From Nageia nagi (lineage: Eukaryota; Plantae; Pinophyta), in NCBI GenBank assembly GCA_050084985.1, contig JBITNC010000001.1:112096001-112160000 (forward strand): a stretch of 64,000 nt of DNA, in the 5' to 3' direction. This document shows, piece after piece, positions 39,701 to 53,346 of this stretch (its first letter is position 1; the number at the start of each line of letters is the position of its first letter). The notes beneath the pieces were generated by a model, which saw only the letters and a list, made by a program, of their open reading frames with translations, searched no databases and had not been told where the DNA came from. The position numbers were made by a program, and so were the translations under genes.

Positions 39701-41961
39701 AGGAAGAAGCTTGATGAGAAATCTATCAAATGCATTTTAGTGGGATACTATAAATAATCTATGGACTATAGGTGTTATGATCCACTAAGTGGTAAGGTTC
39801 ACATCAAAGAGATGTAATTTTTGAATGAGGGGGCTAACTAATCAAGAAAATGGTGCTAAAGACACCACTACTAAACTCCAACTTGACAAAGATTGTGAAC
39901 CTTCATTACCATCTTCACTAGCCACCATCTCACCATATTAGGCATAACCAAACCAATCTTCTATTATTCATACTCCATGAGAAAAAAATAAGTGGACAAG
40001 TGATCGCTATCATCCTCCATCATTGATGTTGGATAAAGAGTTCAATAAAAGAATGACCTGATCATAAACCAAACTATAAATAAAGAGGTAAATATCTCTT
40101 ATGCATTAATATATTCATTTATAAAGCCTTCATCATATAGTAAGCCTACTACCAATTAGGATTGAAATAAAACCATGGAGGATGAAATTGAGCAAATCCA
40201 AAAGAATGACACTTGGAAGCTTATATGTGCTCCTAAAGACAATAAGGTAATTGGTGTCAAGTGGAGTTACAATTGAAGCATAATCTTGATGAAACTATTT
40301 TAAAGTATAAAGTTCATCTAGTTTCTAAAGTATAGTGCTTAGCAAGAAGGGCTAGATTATAATGAGACTTTTGCCCTGATGCTCAACTAGAAACTTTGAG
40401 GTCTTTGCTTGCCTTTGCCTCTCATTTTGAATTGATAGTCTATTAGATAGATGTCAAATCTACTTTCCTTAATGGATATTTAAAGGAGGCTATTTATTTT
40501 AAGTAGTGTAAAGGATTTATTATTCCTAATCAAGAAATATGGTGTATAAACTTAAAATACTATATATGGCCTTAAACAAGCACCTCGGCATGGTATGCCA
40601 AGATTGACGGTTACCTTAAAAAAATAGTTATAAGAGATGCTCGAACAAAAAGCACATTGTATACAAAAGTTGAAGGTAGAAACTTCTTTACATGTACTTA
40701 TATATTAATGATATCATTTTTACTAGCACATCTAATGCTATGATAGACCTATTTAAAGATGCTATGATAGTGATTTTAAGATAAGTGATCTTGGAGAGAT
40801 GAATTATTTTCTTGGCATAGAAGTTAATTAATCCTCTTGTGGAATTTTGATCACTCAATCCAAATATGTGGAAGATCTATTGGCACCTTTTAATATGAAA
40901 AGTTATAGCTTGTTAATACACCAATCATTTTTGGACCCAAGTTGTTGAAGGAGGACTCCTCTCCACATGTTGATGGAAGCATGTATTGGTACTTAATAGG
41001 TAACCTTATGTATCTCACTCCTACTAGCTAGACGTCATGTTTGATATCAATAGAGCATCTTGATTCATGCATTCACCACATTAGATATATTGGATTGTAG
41101 CCAAGAAGATCCTACACTATGTAAGAGGCACACATCAATATGTGCTTTGTTATAAATCCTCAGACTAGGAAATTTTATAGGCCTATACAAATGCTAATTG
41201 GGAAAGATGTATTGATGACTAAAAGAGGATGTTAGGTATGGATTCTTCTTTAGAGAATATTTTTTTCATGGAGCTAAAAGAAGCAATCCACTATTGCACT
41301 TTCATTAGCTAAATTTAGTATCTTGTTGCATTTACCACTTGACATAAGCCATTTAGATTGCTCATATATTTGAATATTTGGACATGGATACTAAGATCCC
41401 CATTTGAATGCATAATGATAATCTTAGCATGATTTTCATGACCAAGAATCATGTGTTTCATAGTAGGACAAAGCACAATGATATACCCATCACTTTATGA
41501 GAGATGGTTGAAGATGGTTTTATCCAATTTTATCACTATCATACTGATGCTAAAATTATAGAAATCTTTACAAAGCCATTACCTAGATCATTTTTCCTAC
41601 CTTTAGAGCTAGCTTGGAGTTCTAGACTTAGACATTAGGGGGAAATTATTGGAAAACCTTGACTAGAATAGCGGTACTTGTTGGACTCTATATATATTGC
41701 ATATTTTTTTACTTTCTTTTCTTTGTATTTTATTTTTGGCCAATAGAGAAAATGATCTCCTTTTGTCATGGAGATTAAGGGGGTGATTGAAAATATTAAT
41801 CTCAATTCCCAAGAGTTATTTTTATTCTTTATGCTCTATCTCCATTCCCAAGCACCACTTTTACTCTCCAAGCTTGACCTCTATTCCCTAGTGTTACTAT
41901 TATTCTTTGGGCTCTATCTCCTCACTCTGAGACTTCTTTATTTGAGACCTACTTTTGAACA
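36724..41961 (+). mobile_element. Degenerate Ty1/copia LTR retrotransposon (5' LTR ~36724-37605, gag-pol ~37640-41630, truncated 3' LTR 41788-41961)
   Basis: PBS-like 'tggtattagact' at 37607; protease WYL.SGCSN.MT ~38665; integrase LVHADLFGPM, RTNRGGEF, YTPHQNGVVERKN; RT AMEDEI..IQKNDTWKL, DYNETFA, DVKSTFLNG, YGLKQAP, YINDII; RNase H KKQSTIALS, VFHSRTKH, IFTKPL. INT precedes RT. PPT 'aagggggtgat' at ~41777. Confidence 0.95.
37607..37618 (+). promoter_or_regulatory. Copia primer-binding site (tRNA-iMet type, decayed)
   Basis: tggtattagact versus the canonical TGGTATCAGAGC, just upstream of gag. Confidence 0.7.
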
Positions 41962-42890
41962 TATGATTCTTAAATTTGAAATACTATTCATGGAAATAAT
42001 ATTCAAAATAATATCTCATATCCTTTCACATTTAGAGACTAATTCACAGACCAAAACATTTCATATTAACTATAAGATGATCCTAAATGATGCTAAATCT
42101 CTTTCCACTATTATTGAATTATTTGGATCATTTATTATTATTGATTTCATTTCAAATTAAAATATGAAAACCTTTTAATGAAAATTTATATGATACCCAT
42201 GATCTTCATACAATGCAATATTTTTAATATTATAATACATATTTATTGAATAAGAAATTGATGTATTAGGTTAGTACAAAAATTGAAAAAAAAATTATAT
42301 TTTAAGAAGTTTAACATTTACAAAAGGTTAAATTATAATAAATTTGTATACTAAATATCTAAATTTATTTATTATTCCAAATTTAAAGTGATATTTGACA
42401 AATTTAGGTTTCAAATCTTCCAAAGGGTATGATATTATTTTAGTTTTTGTAAACCATTTAATTAATATGTTATACTTGATTTGTTAGGAATTCCAAATAA
42501 GTATCATTGATATTAAATATAATTTCATGAACTAATTAGGTTGTATAGCATGGTTTGTACAATTAACCTATGCAAAATAAAGGTAAAGGTTAAAGTAAAG
42601 GAAAATTAGCTATCGCAACCTTGTGTAATGGGTATGTCATAGATTAATAATTATGCTTTTTGATTTTAAAAGTTGCCTTTTTATTAAAATATATAACATA
42701 ATCAAAAATTTTAATTAATAAATAAAATTTTCCAACATGACCTTAAAAAATTTAATTATTTCTAACAAGGAAACAAAAATTAGGTACCTTAGTAGTAGTT
42801 GAGTTGAAATCCTTGTCTTGGACATCATTTCTCTTCCTCCAACTCAATCTCTTCATCCTTAATAAGTTCCTCTTCTCCTCTTCATTTTAA

Positions 42891-43077
42891 ATACTTAAGG
42901 TAGGTCAGTGTGAGACATTGCTCTTACACCAAACCTACCAACTTTCTAGAGCTGTGGAGTGGCCCAATAGTAGTGTTATCTCTAAAATGCACAAAACTAG
43001 TAGTGGATTCCAAGATATCTTGAAAAATAAGAAAATAGAAACTAGAAAAGAAAACTATTGAGAAAATGAGGTACCCT
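42891..43077 (-). pseudogene. EXORDIUM/PHI-1-like 5' fragment
   Basis: Paralog of 61097-61283 (..PLHSSRKLVGLV..). Confidence 0.55.
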
Positions 43078-43778
43078 TCTATAGTATTCTACTCTTTTTA
43101 CAAAGTAATTTAGCAAGTTGATGGAAGAAGATATAGGAGTTGAGATAGGAATAATAAGAGGAAAGTTAAATGGTTGATGTAGAAGCGATGTGAAATAGTG
43201 GTTATTATGTTGATAGTGATGGCTAGAGGAGCATCCTATTGGCAAGGGTATTTTTTACACATTAATTTTACTATCTATGTAGAAGTGGAATCCATCACAC
43301 TATTCTGTAGCTTAATCATTAAGGAAGCTATGTGGCATTTCATCTAATTTGTACTACATGTTCTAAGGTTCAATACTGAGAAAGTGATTGATAGTAGTAT
43401 CAATTATGGTTTGAAATTAACAAACCTACACTACATGCATTACTACTACATTGCTCACTTCCTTCATTAATCCTAATAAAACAAAGCACAAGTACACATC
43501 AAACTTGTCTACTCTCTTTATGTCAAAGTACCTCATTACTTGTAATCCAACTAAAATAATTTACTATTCACTGAATATTTATATTTACTTTAAATATTTC
43601 TCCTTTCATTTTGGGATTCATTTTTTCTTTCTCCAACTCTTTACTCTACAATAGTGTATGATTCTTAAAAAATGACATCCTTAATCAATAACATTGTATA
43701 CTCATACAAATATTTAATAAAATATTTTTTTGAAAAATGAAATAATGGAATGATGAAATTGGTACGCTTTGATTTGCA

Positions 43779-44173
43779 TCACCAATATTCTCCATAAGAA
43801 AATTCTCCACATTTGAAATGAAGAAATTGATTCACTTCTATCATAGCAATGTTCCTTACAATAATCGTAGGGATAAACTTGGTTGTGGAGCTTATGTCAT
43901 TGCATAGTCAAAGATTCTTCATAACCTTAGTAACATTTCCAATAGAATCATAAATAACCTGAACACAATTACCAACTTTTCTAAGAAATTCTTTATCTAT
44001 AGCTTTCATATCATTCAATGCAAGTAATGTATTTGGAAATATAATCTACTACCTTCATCTTACTCGATTATTTTTTCAAATTTATCATAGATCTCATGTA
44101 TTTAATCTATCTCATATAACAAAAGTGTAAATTCCTATGTCAACTTCAATTTTAAAGTATCTAAACTTTTCTT
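43779..44173 (-). pseudogene. PPR E+/DYW pseudogene, copy 3 (5'-truncated)
   Basis: LALNDMKAIDKEFL/EKLVIVFRL..; RNIAM..VNQFLHFKCGEFSYGEYW* ending at 43779. Confidence 0.85.
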
Positions 44174-46549
44174 AAAGTTGTCCATGTAAAATAAAAAATA
44201 ATTAAAAATTAAATCCAAAGACTAAAAAAAAAAAAAAATTAAAATTTAAATCCAAAGATTAAAACTATTTCATGGTGGGCCTACTCTCTAACAAATTTTA
44301 AGCTATGGATTTGAAAATGAGCTTCAAAAGCTCAAAGGGTAAGATATGGCCTAATGAAATAATAAATTTTAAAGAATTATTAATAGAGATAAAATAAATA
44401 AAAAATAATATATTTTTGAACTTAGGTTTGAATTCATTTTGAATTTTTCTTTTACTAATTCTAACATTAATTTAAATAATTGTATAATTATTCATCATTT
44501 GTATGGTTTAATTTGTATTTCTCTATGATTATTTGGCATCATCTTGTAAAAATAAAGACCTATAAATGAATTTTAATCAATATTTTAAATAGTAATAATA
44601 ATATAATATATAAATCATTAAATGAAATTACACATAAGATAATCACTATTATAATAGGAACAAAATATATCTAATACTTTGAAACTATCACATGAGAAAG
44701 CAAGTTCAAGTCTCCTACCCTAGTTTAATGGAAAAAAATATCCTATTCACTGAAGTTGAAAATAGAAATATTAAATTATAAATAATCAAATTTTAATCAA
44801 AAAATATTTATCAATTTATCCATTCTGTAATGTTGAATTAGCCTTCAAGTTAAAAATTGAGTTTCAAATTCCAATCCTCATGCTAAAATAATTTACAATG
44901 AAACATGATAGAGTTAAATAAATAAATCTTACACACCCCTATCATACTCATTGATAATTTGTAATAATATAATTTAAACAAGAGAAATAATTTATAACAC
45001 TATGTATTTATCGATCAAGGTAATGTTCTTTTTAGAATTCCTATTCTCCAAGGCATGCCTAAATTGGTTGATTTTGTGAGCTATATAATTTAGTAGGTAA
45101 TGGTCATCTACAAGTAAAGTATAAAAATAATCTTTAGACTACATAAAAATGCAAAAAAAAGATTAGAGAAATATGTAGGTAGATTCAAGAGTATGAAGAT
45201 ATATTATTGCATAAGAAAGATATTATAATCACAAGGTAGGTCTATTCTATAACACTAACTTCAACAACCTTCCTACATATCAAATCTAGTCTCTTAGATT
45301 ATACAATGAAGAGATTACTATCAAATTCTTGCATCAATCTATAAAATATACTTTTATGGAAGTATTTATATACAAATTTATTTCTTTTTAGCTTCTAAAT
45401 GTACTTTGTAACTCCCATGGTGAGGTTATAATGCAAAAAACCACTTCAGCTTCTCCTATACTAGTTTGGAAACAAACCTTGATACTAGGAAACTTGCATG
45501 TAAATTGAATAAAATATAATAAAATACTATTACAATTATACTAAGTTAAGATCCTAAAATATGAATTCAAAATACTCTTGTATCCCTATCATTACCAATT
45601 ACCAAACAATATATTTCTTATAGGTATAAGTCAATTTGAGCTTCCCAAGGTCGATCTTAAGTCGTACCAACAAGTTAAAGATTTTTAATAGACCAAAATA
45701 TGTCATATCAACTATAAGATGATCCTAGATGATGCTAAAATCTCTTTCAACTATTTATTAAATTACTGATATCCTTTATGTCTTATTGATTTCATTGGAA
45801 ATTAAAAGATGAAAATCTTGTAATTTATATGGCACCCATGATCTTCATATGATGCAATGTTTTTAATATTATATTACATATTTATTGAATAAGAAATTGA
45901 TGTACTAGGGTACTATGAAAAATGATATTAGAAATTATACTTTAAAATGTTTAAAATTCAAAAAGGCTAAATTAGAAGAAATTTGTATATTAAAATATCT
46001 AAATTTATTGATTATTCCAAATTTAAAGTGATATTTGATAAATATAGGTTTCAAATCTTGAAAAGGTATGATATATTTTAGTTTTTGTAAACCATTTAAT
46101 TAATATGATATACTTGATTTCTTTAAGATTCAAAATAAGTATCATTGATATCACATATATTTTTATGAAATAGTTAGGTTGTATAACATGATTAGGACAA
46201 TTGACCTATGTAAAGTAAAGGTATAGGTAAAAGTAATGGTAAACTAGCTATTACAATAATGTGCAATATGTATGTCATAGATTACTAATTGTGCTTTCTA
46301 ATTTTAAGTGTTATTTGTTATTAAAAGAGAAAACATAATTAAAATATTTAATTAATATGTATTTAATTAATAAATAAATAAGTTTCCATTAAGGCATTCA
46401 ATAATTTAATTATTTTTTAACAGGGAAATAAAAATTAGTTACCTTGGAAGTGGTTGAGTTGAAATCTTTGTCTTGGACATCATTTTCTCTTCCCCCAACT
46501 CGATCTCTTAGTCCTCAAAAATTTCCCCTCCTCCTCTTCATCTTTAGAA

Positions 46550-46735
46550 ATGCTTATGGTAGTTCAACTTGAAAGGTTGCTCTTCCACTAGACCTACCAA
46601 CTTTTTGAAGCCATGGATGACATAGTGGTAGTTTTATCTCTAAAATACATAAAAATAGCAATAGGTTCCAAATATCTTGAAAAATAAGAAAATAGAAACT
46701 AGAAAACAAAAGCATTTAGAAAATGAGGTACCCCT
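46550..46735 (-). pseudogene. EXORDIUM/PHI-1-like 5' fragment
   Basis: ..IHGFKKLVGLVEEQPFKLNYHK; paralog of 61097-61283. Confidence 0.6.
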
Positions 46736-47451
46736 GCTAGTAGTATTTTACTCTTTTGTATAAGGCAATTTAGAAAATAGATGGAAGGAGAGATGGGTGT
46801 TAAATTAGAAATGGTAAGAGGAATGTTAAATATTTGATGTAGAAGCAATGTGATATAGTGGTTAATATGTTGATGATGATGGCTAGAGGAGCACCCTATT
46901 GGTAATGGTATTTTTTACACCTCATTGATTTGACTATAGGTGTAGAAGTGGAAGCCATCACACTGTTTCACAACTTAATTATTAAGGGAAAAACTATATT
47001 GCATCTCATCTAATTTGCTCTTACATGTTATAAGGTTCCAATTCCCAAAAAGTAATTGATAGTAGTATTAATCATGATTTGAAATTAATAAACTTGCACT
47101 ACATGAAGTACTTTTACATTGCTCACTTCCTTTATTAATTCTAATAAAACTAAGAGCAAAGTACACATTAGAGTTGTTCTACTCTCTTTATGTCAAAGTA
47201 CCTTGTTACATGTAAGCCCATTAAAATAATTTATTACTCGTTGAATGTTCTCTATTTACTTCAACTATTTCTCCATTCATTTTATAATTCACATGTTTCC
47301 TTCTCCAATTCTTTACTCTACAATAGTAGATAATTCCTTAAAAAATTATGTTGATAATTAATAGCATTGTATATTTGTACAAACATTTAGTAACAACACT
47401 TTTTTTAAAAATTAAATGATGGAATGATGAAATCAATATGCATTAATTTTA

Positions 47452-48469
47452 TCACTAATAATTCCCATAAGAACATTCTTTGCATTTGAAATGAAGAAAT
47501 CAATTTGTATCCCTTGTAGTAATGTTCCTTACAATAGTCCTAGAGATAAGCTTGGTTGCAAAATTGCAGTCATCATATAGTCAAAGATTATTCTTAACCT
47601 TAGAAATATTTCCAGTAGAATATTTAATAACATGAACATAATTTCTAACATTTCTAAGCAATTGTTTATCTCCAGCTTCCATATCATTCAACGCAAGTAT
47701 TGTATATGGAAATATAATCTACTACCTTCATCATACTTGATAGTTTTTTTTTAAATCACCATAGATCTCATGTATTAAATATATCTTTTATAACAAAAGT
47801 GTGAATACTCTATCAACTTCAATCTAAATACATCTAAGAGTCTTCTTATTTCCTCTATCTTTCATCAATGTACCTACTTGAAATATCATCCTTGCTACCA
47901 TATTTAGTTGAAATTTTTGAAAGGATAACATATGATGGAATATATTTAGTTGCCAAAATAATTAATTGTTACCATGTAATCCCTTCTTCTACATTCATGA
48001 GTAGTGTACATGTACCAACAAGACTTCATTATGTACCCAATTTGGTGCACCTAAATAGCAAAAGATGATAAAAAATACATGCATAATAATGTTCCCAAGA
48101 ATAATTATAATAAGAGTTGCTCTAGCATCCATATACTAATCATTCTTTGGTATTTGCAAGTACAACACATAAACATTTTATGCTATTTGTACGGCTATTT
48201 GCAACCACTCTTTGAGGGATTTCTATACCTTCTTCTAAAATTTCCATCATGGTGCATATTGGAAGGATATGGATAAGGTTACAAGGTTGGGATATATTCT
48301 TGAAATTTCTACCTACCTAAAATTCTCTCATGTTATCCATATTTTTTTATCTCTATGCAACATGAGGCTATAACTATTGCATGCATCTTGTCAAATAACT
48401 CACATACATTGTTTATATTTCATATTTTGTATATACCTCTACTAATGTATTAACCATTACATTATCTAA
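47452..48469 (-). pseudogene. PLS-class PPR-E/E+/DYW pseudogene, copy 4
   Basis: VMVNTLVEVYTK..NINNVCELFDKMH; KNNL*LYDDCNFATKLISRTIVRNITTRDTN*FLHFKCKECSYGNY**. Confidence 0.9.
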
Positions 48470-49146
48470 TCTTTTTTAAAGCTTCTGTAGAGTGGCCTTT
48501 GATAGTTCTAGGAAAGGTGGATAAGAGATTCTCCAACAACCCAAGCATAATACCAACTATACATGTTGCTAGAAAAGTAGCCATCCTTAGCCCCCACATA
48601 AAGCTAAAAGACATATGACATAATAAATTGATGCTCCAAAGAATTTACATCATAAAAAATGGTCCAAAAATAATTAACAATATTTTATTCAGTATTATAC
48701 ATTCTTCCTCTCCACATAAAACATCTACAATGTAAATATAACTCTCCCATGTGTGAAACCAACTATCATTATTAATATAACTAATTTGTATTCCAAAAGA
48801 ATGCTCATACATATAGAAAGGAAGCCTCAACATATACCTTGTGTATAGAAAATCAAACATTAGTATACTAAAAATTAATTTAACAACTTATGTGCATACA
48901 AAAAATATGAACAAGTTAAAATAAAAATTAGGAGACAAGTAATACAAAATCATATTGAAGTGTTGAATACAAAATATGGAAATTATAATCTAACGCATGC
49001 AAGTACTTTTGAAGTAAACATCGGTTATACTTGGTTTTTTGTGATAAAATAATAGCCATTTCTTTTTAGCATAAACTTCTTGTGTCTACAACTTGTAAGA
49101 AACTTGTGGGCAAGTAACTAGCAATGAGCTAAAGGAAAATATGAAT

Positions 49147-52100
49147 TGTAGTGATACTCCAACTCTCACCATCTAACAACCAATAAATTTAAGACTATTT
49201 TTTTATATATTGTTGATTGATTATTGAATTCTTTACTATTTAGGGACTTATATCCTACATGATTTACATATTGATAAATTATTGACTTTATTTAGTCTTC
49301 ATCCTTTCTTTCTAAATATAAGGGTTTGTGCACTAGGCATTCCATCCTTGCTTGCAAGTGGATATTCTAATGATCGTACTCTTTTTTTATTTGGACTTAT
49401 TTACCATATCCTTAATTCTTAAAAGGTGTATTATTATTCTGTAAAGGTTTAATATTGCTAGTTTAAGTGCAAATCAATGTTCAAGATAACTTATGATTTC
49501 GATCCCATACAATCTCAAGCATTATAAATTATTTCCCATATTATCCCCAAACTATCCAATTTCAATCCCAAAGGTCCTAATATTTCTCATATGGTCCTCA
49601 ATCTTAATTTGGGTCTGTATGAATAATTTGGGATCCTTTCCAATCACTTGAATTTTTAATAATCCATAATTTACATTAATTAATTTCTATAATTTGTAAG
49701 TAAAAATAAGCACCATAACCTACTTTAGTTTCAAGTGAGGTCATGTACTTTGATGATATTTTCTAGCCCTAGTTTTCCACTTCATTCCTTAAACGTATTA
49801 TATAAACTATAAAACTCTTAAAAGTTAACAATTTCTTAAATAATAAATAAGCAATAAATAATAATTTGAATCAACTAAGGCATCTTATTTAAATATAATC
49901 CAAACATACAATAGATAAGACACAAAATAGAAAGTAAATCCCTAAAACATGTCATTAGTAATAAAAATTCATCTTTGTCTTCAAATCTCTATAACACTAT
50001 ACTATGTACCTTTGATCATCTAATGAGATAAATGATAACCATGAATGAATTCAATACTTGTCAAAATGAGTCCAAAAATACAAGAATCATAACCTTTGAC
50101 ATATTGGTTAGCTTTTCTTCTTGCTAGTCTTCTATGTTTTACATCTAATATCAAATAATTACAATACATTAACGAATATTTCTTGGACATTGATGTCTAG
50201 TAGTAAAAGAACACCTTATCCTTACTCATTCAAATCTTCTTGTCATGTACACTCAAGGTTTTCATGGATGAATGGTTATAAGTACTAAGATGTGGATCTC
50301 AAGCATAAGAGGATCATGATAACTCATTATTATTTTGGACCCAAATGCATATGTTCATTCTATTTTATTTAATAATAAATCATTTATTAAGGATTTATCT
50401 TCTTTATGGTCTCAAAATGTTTTATGCTTTTATAAAGCTACCTCTCTTCATTGACCTTAAATTATGACACAATCAATCATGATCCAAATTGTAGTTTATC
50501 ATTCAAGAGATCCTTAGCAATAACACCAACTATATATAAAAGAATATTTAAATTTCATAACAATTTTCCAATTCCATAAATAAATAATTTAGGACATTAT
50601 TATTAATTAATCATTATCTAGAATTAAATCATAAAATAAACATTTGAAATCTAATTTTTAAAATAAAAGTACTCTAAATCTTGCCAAATCTTGTAACTTT
50701 TACTTTAATATCTATATTTTCCCAAAGATTTTTTTTAAGACAATTATATTCATTATAAAATCTAACTTACTTTAACTATTCTCTTATTATTGAAAATCCT
50801 TTTAATTAAATGTTATTCTTTTGATAATCATTAGTAGATTGCTTGTTACTAATATATATGTATTTGTAACATATGTTTTTATATTAATGATATGGACATG
50901 AATTTCTATCCATCATGTAAGTAATATAGAAATATAGAAGCACATAGATAAAAGAGACCATATAAGGAGATCTGTTATGTGTAGAGGAAGAACTTGTGTT
51001 GAGAAGTAGTAGTAGTCATTGAAAGGCTGAGCAAGGAATGTAACATCCTCAATGTTAAAAGGAGAATTACCCAAGTGGAGAGTAATTAACCTAGCACAAA
51101 AGAATAGGAATAATAGTAGGGTACACATAAATTGAGTTTTCTAAATATGTAGGAGAGCATTAGATAGGATAAAAATGTTCTCTTTTTAGCCATGAGGATC
51201 TTTCTAAACATGTATGCAAAAAGGAGAAGAATAATATAATGTATAACATCATTTTCATGGATAGCAATTAATCATTTAATTCACGCAAAAAAAGCATATA
51301 AAAAAAGGATCTTCTAATAAGATGTAGTCTTTAGAGTTAGAGCCAAACTTTGAAATCTTCTTTGATGACTTTCCTAATGAGTCCCAAGGTGCAAGCTCCA
51401 TGAAGAGGGTATGGAATCCATCAATGAACACTTGAGAATGGTTTTTTACCTCACAAAATGTGAGGAATAATAAAGACTTGGAAATGGTTTCATGAATTAC
51501 AAAGGTAATACTATATGCACATAAAGAAAATGATTTTATTACAAAAGTGCATGAGAAGATAAAAGAGTCATTCAAAGAGCATTTAATAATGGTGTTTTTA
51601 CATGAATATTGAGGGTGTGTTCCATCCTCTAGCCATACATGTAAAAACATTAATGCAAGGAGAACATATGCAAAGTGTTTCATAATATGCTTATTGTAAA
51701 CATAGTTTTTGTAGCCTTTTTCAGCATTCTTTATGCAAACATAGTTTCATGGACTAGTTTGATGAATTTTTTGTTAAGATACAATAATTTGGATAAAAAA
51801 CCATACTCTAAATTTAACATGATGCAAACAATGTGCACATTTTGTTATGATTAGGATGCACCACTATGGATGTTCTAAAAGATAATATGGAGATCTGATG
51901 TGAGGAATTATTACTTTTTTAAATGTTTTGGATATGAGTGACCTAGTAGAGCAAAATAATACATGTAGTATGAAATTGATTGAAAACATGCGCAAATGTT
52001 TTTTTTTTATATTTTTGTTGAAAGAAAATATCCATCAAGTATTCACAAATAAATATGATGGGAAAAGCTACATATAAAGTTTAGATTTAAAATTATAGAT

Positions 52101-53346
52101 CTTCTAAAAGCTGACCTTGTTTTATCATACCAAGAAATTTAATATTTTTATCTTTTTAACATTACCATTAGGTAGAAAGTAAAAAACTTCACATGTCATA
52201 TACCAACCCAAATGGTCTTATCCAAGTACACTAATAGTATTAAAATATTTCCATAGACCCTTTTTTTTAACAAATTAAAATAAATGCAAAACTACAATAA
52301 ATGCATAAAATAAGCTTTACAATGTATCTAAATAATAAAACCTTACATATGAAATACTAAAGAATTTTAGAGAAGCCTTTATATTGTACTATGGTAGTAG
52401 AAGCAATTAAATGAATCTTTCCTTCAAACTAAAAAAAATAATACATTCTTAAGGTAATAAAACATTTTGACTAAACATCCAAAAAGTAAGAATGAAAGTA
52501 CCAAACGCTTGAAGAAGAGGGGATCCTTTTTCTCATAGGACTCAAACTAAATTTCTTAGAAAGAATGGAAGAGAATGCCCATTCCTCTAAAAATCCTCAA
52601 TATTATTAGGCCAAATGGGACTAATACTTCCAAGAAAAGAACTATCGTTCCACCTCATCACATTTGCACATAAAGGTGGAGATGTTGATATTTTTGTAAA
52701 TGTTTTGAGACATGTACAAGACCTTATTTCAAATAATTAGCACCTACCTTCAAATAATAAATTGGGTGGGGTTATGAACTCAATTATTTTAGAGGTGTTA
52801 AATTAGTCTAATTATTAAGAAAAGATAAGAGTTAATTCTTATCCTCAAGTTAAATTTGATTAATTATTACCAGTGTCCTTGGTTTAAGTTAGAATTCTAA
52901 TCAATAAAATATTCTTTGCAAGTAAGAAATAAAGTTTCCAAAATGCATATTAATCTTTTAAACACACATATATTACCTACATCAATCCCTTCATCTTGCA
53001 ACATCAATTTATTAGTGTACATTCACATCCACACATAGATACATTTTTAAAAAAATAGTTTTAATATGCATCTATATGATTTATGAAGGGTCCTTATGAG
53101 TTTTTCAGCAAGTCAATGCTAATCATTTCCTCACTCTTACCAATCTATTCCCTTAACCAATCATCCTAGTTCCTTCTCTAGATCAACTTGTTACCTACAT
53201 CATAAATATTCTTGAAGCTAGCATCACATTGATACAAGGAATACATTTTTCCATTTATCATCACATAGCAATAATTTTAAACATAGTTTCATTCACATCC
53301 TTAATGGTGCTCAAAGTCGACTAGTTCCATTAGGTGGGTCGTTACA
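49147..53346. mobile_element. 4.2-kb TG...CA insertion with 5-bp TSD (TGAAT); probable solo LTR or internally deleted LTR element
   Basis: Starts TGTAGTGA.. and ends ..TCGTTACA (imperfect inverted termini); TGAAT at 49142-49146 and 53347-53351; the host site is uninterrupted in paralogs (~2410, ~11308). No gag/pol or internal LTR pair recognised. Confidence 0.8.

Noticed and set aside
41647-41961. A complete ~315-bp LTR bounded by TRTTGGAAAA...TTTTCCAACA
   Set aside because: The 5' LTR begins at TGAAAAT and continues ~690 bp past the CCAACA-equivalent site to the PBS, so the 3' copy is better read as truncated; not fully excluded.
41768-42160. 130-aa hydrophobic ORF
   Set aside because: It runs across the PPT, LTR stub and two rearrangement junctions, so it is spurious.
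51276-51683. 135-aa ORF inside the 4.2-kb insertion
   Set aside because: No recognisable domain; composition typical of chance ORFs in AT-rich DNA.
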